Below, piece by piece: positions 17,733-24,607 of a DNA stretch of 32,000 nucleotides. Every line of letters starts with the position of its first letter. Within the stretch, counting starts at the first letter, position 1. The position numbers and the translations under genes were made by a program. Under the pieces are notes generated by a model. The model ran no database searches. It was not told the origin of the DNA and was given only the letters and a program-made list of their open reading frames with translations. The stretch is from Edaphobacter aggregans (GTDB lineage: Bacteria; Acidobacteriota; Terriglobia; Terriglobales; Acidobacteriaceae): contig NZ_RSDW01000001.1 in the NCBI RefSeq assembly GCF_003945235.1, positions 2,970,001 through 3,002,000 on the forward strand, read 5' to 3'.

Positions 17733-18229
17733 GCGCAGCTGTGCTGGTTTTGCCCGTGATCTGGGCTACTGAGGCTTTCCATGAGATCCGCGAGGTTCGC
17801 GACGTACGTGAGGTTGCGGAGGTTGAACAACGGCGGAAAGCGGCTCCTGAGCTGGCTTTCTATCGGAAGTACACGGAAGGGCTGCTTCGGCGTTACGTGA
17901 AGATGGCGATGGAGGCTGGACGCGCTCCTTCTCTGCTGGGACGGGAGATGTTCCGGGGGAAGGTGACCAACTACCAGGTGCATGGATTCGACGATGTGGT
18001 GATCTTTGTCCACGACGTGGAGCGATGTCTGGCAAAGCTGGATAGCGAACAGCAGTTGATCCTGGAACGGGTCGCCATGCAGGAGTACACGCAGGGCGAA
18101 GCAGCTGGGTTGGTAGGGTTGCCGTTGCGGACGCTGATCCGGAGGTATGGGGATGCGCTGGATGAGCTGACGGAGGTGTTCCTGGAGCGCAAACTTCTGG
18201 AGCCTTCGAAAAGCTGTCAAGGGGTCTAA
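17729..18229 (+). CDS. Sigma-70-family-like (ECF-size) transcription regulator
   Basis: A region-4-like HTH is present: LDSEQQLILERVAMQEYTQGEAAGLVGLPLRTLIRRYGDALDEL. A region-2-like segment is FYRKYTEGLLRRYV. ATG follows GGGAGGTGG. The longer track start at 17555 overlaps the zinc-ribbon ORF. Confidence 0.6.
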   Translation: MSAAVLVLPVIWATEAFHEIREVRDVREVAEVEQRRKAAPELAFYRKYTEGLLRRYVKMAMEAGRAPSLLGREMFRGKVTNYQVHGFDDVVIFVHDVERCLAKLDSEQQLILERVAMQEYTQGEAAGLVGLPLRTLIRRYGDALDELTEVFLERKLLEPSKSCQGV

Positions 18230-18339
18230 ACTGTGTAAAACTTGCTAAACCATTGATTCAATTGCAAATATTTCTGCCTGGAAGTTGGCATGGTAATTCC
18301 ACTCCAACTGCTATTCTGGAAAGGTAATCAAGAAATGAG

Positions 18340-18378
18340 ACGGGAGAGCGCCTGATGGCTGCTCTCCCGTTTGCTTTT
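18340..18378 (+). terminator. Strong intrinsic terminator between the regulator genes and the structural genes
   Basis: ACGGGAGAGC (18340-18349) pairs perfectly with GCTCTCCCGT (18361-18370), and 3 further bp can form in the loop. The tail is TTGCTTTT. Confidence 0.7.
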
Positions 18379-18388
18379 GGAGGTGGGG

Positions 18389-18739
18389 ATGGAGAGGAAG
18401 CGAGTGAAGGGGCGGTTTGTGAGCGAGGGGGCTGTTGCGGACGAAGAGACGGTGGAGAAGGAGTCGCGGGTGGCGACTCCAAGGCCGCGGTACTGCAGGA
18501 CGTTTGCCCGAAAGCGGGTGGCTGAGGCTCTACCGGAGATCATGGCCAAGTTTGCGGAGGAGGCGAAGAAGGGGAGCATTCAGCATATGAAGATCCTGAC
18601 GAAGCTGGGTGGGCTGGACCAGGGGGATATGCAGGTGGCGAGGAAGCGTCGGCCGAAGAGCATTATGGCGAAGCTGCTGGAGGATTTCGGGAAGCCACAG
18701 GAACAGGAGCGACCACGGACGGGCGCGGATAAGGCGTAA
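18389..18739 (+). CDS. Phage-like hypothetical protein (116 aa, basic)
   Basis: ATG lies 5 nt after GGAGG. G-ending codons. I recognise no family, and a small-terminase role is only a positional guess. Confidence 0.55.
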   Translation: MERKRVKGRFVSEGAVADEETVEKESRVATPRPRYCRTFARKRVAEALPEIMAKFAEEAKKGSIQHMKILTKLGGLDQGDMQVARKRRPKSIMAKLLEDFGKPQEQERPRTGADKA

Positions 18740-18771
18740 CGGTGATCAGAAGGATAACGGCGGATAAGAGC
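18721..18771 (+). repeat. Direct repeat copy 1 (51 bp), spanning the last codons and stop of the 18389-18739 ORF
   Basis: GGGCGCGGATAAGGCGTAACGGTGATCAGAAGGATAACGGCGGATAAGAGC, near-identical to 19478-19529. Confidence 0.85.
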
Positions 18772-18887
18772 GAAACAAAGCAAAATACGGGTGCTCTGTA
18801 CTGCGCAATAAACGATGAGATGAAAGCAGGTCCCCTTCGGGGAAGACAACAAGAGGCAGTGCGAAGAGCGATACAGAGGGAGGGTCA

Positions 18888-19496
18888 ATGGGGCAGGCTG
18901 AAGGGCTGCATCGGCGGTGTGGTGCGGGCCGGCGAGAGGGTTTGCGAGGCGTGGCGGGCCTGGAGATGCGGGCTATGGCGGTGGAGTTTCCCGAGGTGCA
19001 TGGGCATCCGAACCGGCTGCCTTTTGAGGGTGTGCTGACGCTGGTGGATGTGGCCAGCGATAAAGCTCCCAGTGGGGCGCGGGGGCATCGAGTGGTGTTG
19101 TCGAGGGCTGCGGCGGAGGCGGCTTTGCCTAGTCTGCTGGGCATGGCGGTTGATTACAAGGCCGGGTGGGACGGGCATGATGCGAGGCAGAAGTGCGGGA
19201 TTATTACGGCGGCTGAGTTGGATGGGAAGCGGCTGTGTGTCGCGGGCTATCTGTATGCGCGGGACTTTCCAGAGATGGAGGAGAAGATTCAGGTTGAGGG
19301 CGCTATGGGGATGAGCTATGAGCTTGCGGATGCGCATGTGGCTGATCTGCGGGCTTCGATCTGGACGCTGACGCGGGCTACGTTTACTGGTGCAGCGATT
19401 CTGCTGCGGGAGAAGGCGGCTTATCGGAGTACTAGCTTTCGGGTGAAGCGCCGGTCGACCGCGGATGCTCGCGGATGGGCGCGGATGAAGGCGTAG
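18888..19496 (+). CDS. Putative prohead-protease-like protein (function uncertain)
   Basis: The layout FEGVLTLVDVASD...GH..., GHD...CGIITAAELDG..L.V.GYLY and GMSYE resembles HK97-type (S78) protease His/Ser regions. A strong SD, GAGGGAGGG, precedes ATG 18888. ATG 18966 and 18975 are alternatives. Confidence 0.45.
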   Translation: MGQAEGLHRRCGAGRREGLRGVAGLEMRAMAVEFPEVHGHPNRLPFEGVLTLVDVASDKAPSGARGHRVVLSRAAAEAALPSLLGMAVDYKAGWDGHDARQKCGIITAAELDGKRLCVAGYLYARDFPEMEEKIQVEGAMGMSYELADAHVADLRASIWTLTRATFTGAAILLREKAAYRSTSFRVKRRSTADARGWARMKA

Positions 19497-19529
19497 CGGT
19501 GATCAGAGGGATAACGGCGGATAAGAGCA
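19478..19529 (+). repeat. Direct repeat copy 2 (52 bp), spanning the last codons and stop of the 18888-19496 ORF
   Basis: GGGCGCGGATGAAGGCGTAGCGGTGATCAGAGGGATAACGGCGGATAAGAGC. It differs from copy 1 by a 1-nt indel and 2 substitutions, and is preceded by three tandem GCGGATGnnn units at 19461-19490. Confidence 0.85.
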
Positions 19530-19665
19530 AGGACAACAGCAGATGCTGGGTCTCTCTGCTGTGCGAGAGACGTTGAGACTGTCTTTGCTTCGGTCGAGAT
19601 GACGATGTTTTTGGAGTGTCGAAGGAAACAGTAACTGCAACTACGAGAGATGCGATGGAGGATGG

Positions 19666-20055
19666 ATGAGTTTTGTGAGTGTGTTGGAGGCTGTGGGGAA
19701 GGGCTTTGAGAAGGGCTTGAAGTGGGCTGTGACGTATGCGGTTCCGGTGGAACGGTTGGTGGGGCTTCTGTTTCCTTCGGCGGCTCCGGTGGCGAAGGAG
19801 GTAGCGGATGCTACCTCGCTGATTCAGAGTGCTGTGCTGCTGGTGGAACAGAAGTATGCGGCCAGTGGCGTGCAGAGCGGGACCGGGGCGCAGAAGTTGA
19901 ATGAGGTGATGCTGCTGACGGAAGCGGCGGTGACGGGGCTGCTGGCGAAGGCCGGTGTGCAGGTGGATTCGGCTTATTTGCAGAGTGTGATTTCGGCTGT
20001 GGTTGCGATTTTGAATGTGCAGAGTGCTTCTGCGCCGGTGACTGCCACGGCTTGA
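19666..20055 (+). CDS. Phage-like hypothetical protein, distantly resembling the soluble part of LL-H-type holin-family proteins
   Basis: ATG lies 5 nt after GGAGG. The pattern SAVLLVEQKY...GTGAQKLNEVM...QSVISAVV recalls the LL-H family consensus from memory. There is no clear TM helix. Confidence 0.5.
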   Translation: MSFVSVLEAVGKGFEKGLKWAVTYAVPVERLVGLLFPSAAPVAKEVADATSLIQSAVLLVEQKYAASGVQSGTGAQKLNEVMLLTEAAVTGLLAKAGVQVDSAYLQSVISAVVAILNVQSASAPVTATA

Positions 20056-20107
20056 ACAAAGGTTCAGTGGGTGGACTGATGTAACAGAGAACGACGAGGA
20101 GAGAGCA

Positions 20108-20509
20108 ATGGATGTAGAGATGAAGGATGAGCTTGGTGCGTTTGTGCAGCGGCTTGCTGATGCGGCTGGTCTGCTGGAGCAGGCTGTTGAGAAGCTGGCT
20201 GCTCGGCAGAGTGACGCTGAGGCTTCGATTGGGCGGGTTTCGGCTACTGTCGAGGCGGAGATTGAGGAGCGGCTGGCCGCTGCTGAGGCTCGTATTGCGG
20301 AGTTGAAGGCTTCTGCTGCTTATGTGCCTACTACAGTTACACAAGGGCGGAAAACTCTGCCGGTTTCGATGGCTAATCTGCTGGCGAAGCAAGGGGTGAC
20401 TGTGGATTCGATGGAGGCGGGAGCTGTAGATGCTGCTTTGGTCAGCTTGAGTCTCGAACAGCGGATTGCGGTGAAGGCTCAGTTGATGCGGGCTGGTTTG
20501 CTGGGTTAG
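20108..20509 (+). CDS. Scaffold-like coiled-coil protein
   Basis: A 133-aa Ala/Glu/Leu-rich helical protein located directly upstream of the capsid gene. SD GGAGAGAG. Confidence 0.5.
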   Translation: MDVEMKDELGAFVQRLADAAGLLEQAVEKLAARQSDAEASIGRVSATVEAEIEERLAAAEARIAELKASAAYVPTTVTQGRKTLPVSMANLLAKQGVTVDSMEAGAVDAALVSLSLEQRIAVKAQLMRAGLLG

Positions 20510-20590
20510 GCGACCGCGGGTTTTCGCGGATGCACGGATTTTAAATGTTGGGCGTGGCTGCGGCTGCGCCCTTTCTTTTTGAAAGGGAGA

Positions 20591-21565
20591 ATGATGAACG
20601 CGAAGTTTACTGAGATTCATGCGGCTGCGGATTTTATTGGGCCTGGTGCGGTTGAGGTTCCTCTATATCAATCGGAGATTACGGACCTCGTCCGTCGGCG
20701 GGGCGTTTTTGGGCAGAGGATCAAGCAGGTTCCTGCTACGGGACATCCTTCGAGATTTTTTGAAGAGACGGCGATTCCTTCGCCTTCGGCTTCTTCAGGA
20801 TTCGTCGATCCGCGCAATATTGTTGCACCGCTGGTTACTCCGACTCGTGTGGAGCGTAGTGTTCCGCTGAAGGCGTTGGTCGCGCAGATCAACTACAACT
20901 TGTTCGATATTGAGCTGGGTCAGCAGCAGAGCCAGTTCGCTTATCTGCAGGCGAAGGATCTTGCCGATACTGTTGACGGCGTTCTGCGTACGCATGACGT
21001 TGCGCTTTGGAATGGTTCGGATACTAGTCTGAGCTCTCCGACGACTGCGCAGTATTATGGCGCGGGCGCGCAGATTGCCGCGGGTGGGAATACGGTGACG
21101 ATCGGCACGGGCCAGAGCATTGTTGATGGCTTCAAGTCGACGATTGCACAGATGGTTGCGAATAGCTCGTATGGTGTTCGTCCTACGGCTATCTATGCGA
21201 ATCCGGTGCTGCTGGATTTGATTGATCGTGAGATGAAGGCCGAGTTCAATGTCGTTCTGAATACGAAGGAGATTGCTGCTGGTTTGAGCGTGAAGACGCT
21301 TTCGACGCAGGCGGGCGAGATTCCTCTGATTCCGGAGTGGACGCTGAGCTATACGGGTACTCCTGGATCGGGCTCGGCTGTGCTGCCGGCTTATATCGTG
21401 ACGGAGGATTTGATTGAGTATCACTGGCTGAGCGATCCGAATCCTCGGATCTTCCAGCTTGGCGTTCCGGGTTCGCTTGCTTCGCAGTATGTGGTGGTGA
21501 AGTTTGGCGGGCTTGTGGTTAAGGGTGCGAATTATGCGCACTATCAGGTACTGGTTGATCGCTAG
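20591..21565 (+). CDS. Major capsid protein (HK97-fold type, inferred)
   Basis: The size (324 aa), the position after the scaffold-like gene, and the strong terminator downstream all fit. The segment LKALVAQINYNLFDIELGQQQSQFAYLQAKDLADTVDGVL resembles the spine-helix region of T7/HK97-type coat proteins. ATG follows GGGAGA. Confidence 0.65.
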   Translation: MMNAKFTEIHAAADFIGPGAVEVPLYQSEITDLVRRRGVFGQRIKQVPATGHPSRFFEETAIPSPSASSGFVDPRNIVAPLVTPTRVERSVPLKALVAQINYNLFDIELGQQQSQFAYLQAKDLADTVDGVLRTHDVALWNGSDTSLSSPTTAQYYGAGAQIAAGGNTVTIGTGQSIVDGFKSTIAQMVANSSYGVRPTAIYANPVLLDLIDREMKAEFNVVLNTKEIAAGLSVKTLSTQAGEIPLIPEWTLSYTGTPGSGSAVLPAYIVTEDLIEYHWLSDPNPRIFQLGVPGSLASQYVVVKFGGLVVKGANYAHYQVLVDR

Positions 21566-21584
21566 TCGTTAGTCGTGGGATAGG

Positions 21585-21675
21585 AAGGCATACCCCAGGG
21601 GCTGAAGCCCCTTTCTTTTTTCTTTTTGCGGCCAGGAGAGACCCAAGGCTAAAGCCCTTGGGTACCTAGAAGCAA
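21585..21675 (+). repeat. Composite two-hairpin repeat, copy A
   Basis: The sequence ...CCAGGGGCTGAAGCCCCTTTC...GAGAGACCCAAGGCTAAAGCCCTTGGGTACCTAGAAGC is homologous to 24418-24497. Confidence 0.7.
21597..21627 (+). terminator. Intrinsic terminator after the capsid gene
   Basis: AGGGGC-TGAA-GCCCCT is followed by TTCTTTTTTCTTTTT. Confidence 0.75.
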
Positions 21676-21726
21676 GAGCTTAGGGGGTGGTGGGGCCTAT
21701 GCAGTTATGGGTGGGCTAATCGTGCA

Positions 21727-21765
21727 GGGGCCGGTGTTTGTTGCCGGTCCCTGTTGCTTTTTGTG
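21727..21765 (+). terminator. Second hairpin with T-tract before the next ORF
   Basis: GGGGCCGG (21727-21734) pairs with CCGGTCCC (21744-21751), including one G-U pair. It is followed by TGTTGCTTTTTGT. Confidence 0.5.
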
Positions 21766-21787
21766 AGTTTTCATTTGGAGGTGTGGT

Positions 21788-22411
21788 GTGGGCTATTTGT
21801 TGCCTTCGGAGTATGTGGAGTATGGGCTGGGGGCGGAGACTTCGGACGGTTGGGTGACGATGGCTTCGGCTTTGATGGAGGCGCATTGCAGGAGGCCTAG
21901 TCTGCTGGTGACGCAGTATGTGGAACGGATGCGGTTGACGGCTGGGGCGCAGACGGTTCGGTTGAGCTATCGTCCGTTGGCTGCTGCGGTGGGGGCTGTT
22001 TCACCGTTGGTGGGGGTGAATGTGCGGTATGGGCGGCCTCGACGAGGGGAGATGACTGATCCTGTTCGTGAGCAGCTTGCCTTCGCGTTCGGCGTGCCGG
22101 GGAGTCGGAATGCGCTGGATCCGGCGAGTGTAGATGTGAATTTGAGCACCGCGGAGTTGACGTTTCCGCAGAACTTTTTGGGGATTAATTACAACGAGGT
22201 CGAGGTGACGTATACGTCGGGGGTTGTGACGGTTCCGGCGGCGGTGAAGGTGGCTTGTGCGCAGATTGTGAAGAATGCGCAGGCGACTCCGGCGATGAAT
22301 GTGAAGAGCAGCAAGATGGACACGATGCAGATGCAGTACTTCAGCGGGGTGCTGGTGGATCCGCAGGTGCAGGCGTTGCTGCGGCCTTATGTAGCGGAGA
22401 GGCTCGGGTGA
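21788..22411 (+). CDS. Phage-like structural protein, head-tail connector/adaptor position
   Basis: GTG start after GGAGGTG. 207 aa. The call rests on gene position only. Confidence 0.5.
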   Translation: MGYLLPSEYVEYGLGAETSDGWVTMASALMEAHCRRPSLLVTQYVERMRLTAGAQTVRLSYRPLAAAVGAVSPLVGVNVRYGRPRRGEMTDPVREQLAFAFGVPGSRNALDPASVDVNLSTAELTFPQNFLGINYNEVEVTYTSGVVTVPAAVKVACAQIVKNAQATPAMNVKSSKMDTMQMQYFSGVLVDPQVQALLRPYVAERLG

Positions 22412-22415
22412 GACG

Positions 22416-22838
22416 ATGGCGGATTTGATGGTGGCGGTTCGTCGGGCTGCGGATGTTTTGCTGCGCGGGTGTGGCGGACGGACGGTTTTGCTGCGGGTGC
22501 CTGCTCCGGGTGTGGCCGGTAATTCGGCGGAGCAGTTGGGGTTGACGGTTCCTCGGTTTCAGGATGTGGAGTTGGGGCCGGTGGTGTTTCGCAGGACTCG
22601 GGTGAATGCGGCGGAGGGGAAGGCGGTGCAGCGCGAGGTGCTGGTTTCGGCTTCGGCCGTGGAGGTGCTGACTGGGTCTTTGGGTTTTTCTTCGGCTAGT
22701 GTGCTGTTTGCAACTGCGTTTGGGGTGCTGGTGGATGAGGCGCTGCTGACGATTGTGTCGGCTACGGAGATGGAGGCTGGCGGCGTGGTGTGTGGGTATC
22801 GGCTGTTGTTGCGTGAGGCTGCTGCGCTGGAGGTTTAG
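22416..22838 (+). CDS. Phage-like structural protein (140 aa)
   Basis: ATG lies 4 nt after the previous stop. G-ending codons. I recognise no family. Confidence 0.55.
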   Translation: MADLMVAVRRAADVLLRGCGGRTVLLRVPAPGVAGNSAEQLGLTVPRFQDVELGPVVFRRTRVNAAEGKAVQREVLVSASAVEVLTGSLGFSSASVLFATAFGVLVDEALLTIVSATEMEAGGVVCGYRLLLREAAALEV

Positions 22839-22919
22839 GGCGAAACGGAAGGGACCGCGGATTGGCCGGATGATCGCGGATTAAAAACAGGCCGATTTGT
22901 TACTGAAAGGGTTACGTTT

Positions 22920-23426
22920 ATGCAGAATGCGAAGGATACGTTTTACGTCACGCTGCAGGGCAGGCTGGAGGCAGTGAATCCGGCGCGGACGGTGGTGGTG
23001 CGAGGAATGACTCGGCCTGGCGTGCTGGTGGAGGAGAACGAACTGGCTTCTGCGTATGAGCCTGTGGATGCGTTTCGGTTGCGGTGGACTGGGTTGAAGG
23101 TGGATGCGCAGGGGTCGCTGCCGCTGGTGACGATGGAGTGCGAGATTCGGTATGCGACGGATGGTAGCTCCGGCAATGGCGGGATGGATCGCGGGCGGTT
23201 GCTCGCGGCGATGGATGGGGAGCTGGTGAGCGCGGTGGGGGCGGCTCCGCAGAGTGTGGTGAAGATGAATTATTCGGGTGTGAGTGCAGGGATGGCTCCG
23301 GTGGCGATGGAGACGAATGTGTTTTGGGGCGATGTGGTGTTCGGTGCGACGACGGTAGAGGGCGAGCGGTTGGAGCGGGTGGCGACGGTGACGGTGTGGA
23401 GCTACCAGGAAGCGGGTGAGCTGTGA
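22920..23426 (+). CDS. Phage-like structural protein (168 aa, neck/tail-completion position)
   Basis: ATG ORF whose stop overlaps the next start (GTGA at 23423-23426). Confidence 0.55.
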   Translation: MQNAKDTFYVTLQGRLEAVNPARTVVVRGMTRPGVLVEENELASAYEPVDAFRLRWTGLKVDAQGSLPLVTMECEIRYATDGSSGNGGMDRGRLLAAMDGELVSAVGAAPQSVVKMNYSGVSAGMAPVAMETNVFWGDVVFGATTVEGERLERVATVTVWSYQEAGEL

Positions 23427-24403
23427 GTGGGGCTGGGAGTGGATTGGTTGGGGCGGTGGCTCCGGTAGCTCGGCGTGTGAGGGCTTACTTTGCGCCGGTG
23501 AATCGTGCGGCTGGGGTGCCGACGGTTTTCGATGCGGCGCAGATGGGAGGGTTTGGGCTGGATTCGCCGCCTGCTCCGTGGGTGGATTTGGGGTGGTGCA
23601 AGGGATTTGCTCGGAAGAGTGCGACGAAGGTTGGGGCGCTGCGGACGGGTGCTCCGGCGATTGTGGCCAGCCAGGTGCGGACTGAAGTGGAGGCCACGGT
23701 TCAGCTGGAGTTTGAGAGCTGGGGGAAGTTGCAGATGGCTCTGACGGCTGGGGCGCAACAGATGAATTTGTTGCTAACGGCTAGTGGCGCGGCGGCGAAT
23801 GGGAGTGGTGGAGTTGCTGCTGCTCCAGTTGCGCTGGTGGCGGGTTCTACGGCTACTGCGTTGAATGTGGGGGCTACGGCTGCTGCGGGATTTGCTGTGG
23901 GGAATCTGGTTGCTGTGGATGTGGACTACTCGGGGCAGGTGGGGTTTGTGGGGAGTGGCGTGAGCGGGGCTTATGTGCGGGCTTCGGCGGATGTGGGCGG
24001 CGATGTTAATTATGTGCGGCGGGTTTCGCTGAATGTTGGGCGGGTGGTTTCGATTGCGGGTGGGGTGCTGACGCTTGGGGCGCCTTTGCTGGCGGGAGCT
24101 CCGGCCGCGGGGATGCAGGTGAGCAGGCTGGCTGGGTTTGTGGATCGTGAGGGTGGTGGGTTCTTTCAGGAGTGGTCTGGACTCTTTGTAATGGATGGGG
24201 AGCAGGGGGATCGGGTGATCTATCACTATCCGCGGTTGCAGGCGATGCAGGGAGCTGCGGAGGCTCTTGAGGTTGTGGAGGCTCCTTTGGAGCGAGTGCG
24301 GCTGGTAGGGGCTTTTCGGGCGCTGCCGGTGAAGGATGCGAATGATGGGGAGATGTGCGTTTGTTTTCGGAGTTATCTGCCGGGGGTTATGCGGGCGGTT
24401 TAG
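23423..24403 (+). CDS. Putative major tail (tube)-like protein with an Ala/Gly/Val-rich inserted domain
   Basis: The N-terminal pattern YFAPVN...PTVFDAA...WVDLGWCKGF...GAP..VASQVRTEVEATVQLEFESW recalls tail tube families. It is followed by a terminator, like the capsid gene. Confidence 0.45.
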   Translation: MSGAGSGLVGAVAPVARRVRAYFAPVNRAAGVPTVFDAAQMGGFGLDSPPAPWVDLGWCKGFARKSATKVGALRTGAPAIVASQVRTEVEATVQLEFESWGKLQMALTAGAQQMNLLLTASGAAANGSGGVAAAPVALVAGSTATALNVGATAAAGFAVGNLVAVDVDYSGQVGFVGSGVSGAYVRASADVGGDVNYVRRVSLNVGRVVSIAGGVLTLGAPLLAGAPAAGMQVSRLAGFVDREGGGFFQEWSGLFVMDGEQGDRVIYHYPRLQAMQGAAEALEVVEAPLERVRLVGAFRALPVKDANDGEMCVCFRSYLPGVMRAV

Positions 24404-24417
24404 GTGAGGGTGGACGA

Positions 24418-24497
24418 AAGGCAGACTCCAGGGGCTAACGCCCCTTTTCTTTTGCTACGGAGAGAGACCCGAGGCTGAAGCCTCAGTGCCTAGAGGC
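24418..24497 (+). repeat. Composite two-hairpin repeat, copy B
   Basis: The sequence ...CCAGGGGCTAACGCCCCTTTTC...GAGAGACCCGAGGCTGAAGCCTCAGTGCCTAGAGGC is homologous to 21585-21675. Confidence 0.7.
24430..24455 (+). terminator. Intrinsic terminator after the tube-like gene
   Basis: AGGGGC-TAAC-GCCCCT is followed by TTTCTTTTGCT. Confidence 0.7.
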
Positions 24498-24607
24498 AAA
24501 CTGCGACGACAAATGCAACGGCGAAATGCGGGGGTCTCTCCACTGCGCAAACAGGCATTGGCAACGGTAAGTGCAGGCATGGATGAAGGATGAAGAGGAG
24601 AATATCA

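Noticed and set aside
18286-18300. Sigma-54-type promoter: TGGCAT-N5-TTCC, with correct -24/-12 spacing.
   Set aside because: The invariant GC of the -12 element is CC here. No enhancer-binding protein gene or upstream activator sites are visible. I kept it only as a remark in the late-gate finding.
20548-20580. A terminator between the scaffold-like and capsid genes (GGGCG...CGCCC followed by CTTTCTTTTT).
   Set aside because: Only about 5 bp of uninterrupted stem can be drawn, and the T tract overlaps the capsid gene's ribosome-binding region. This is too weak to call.
20591-21565. An encapsulin nanocompartment shell rather than a phage capsid.
   Set aside because: The gene is embedded between a scaffold-like gene, neck-size genes, a fibre and a large terminase. 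No cargo-type enzyme gene is adjacent.
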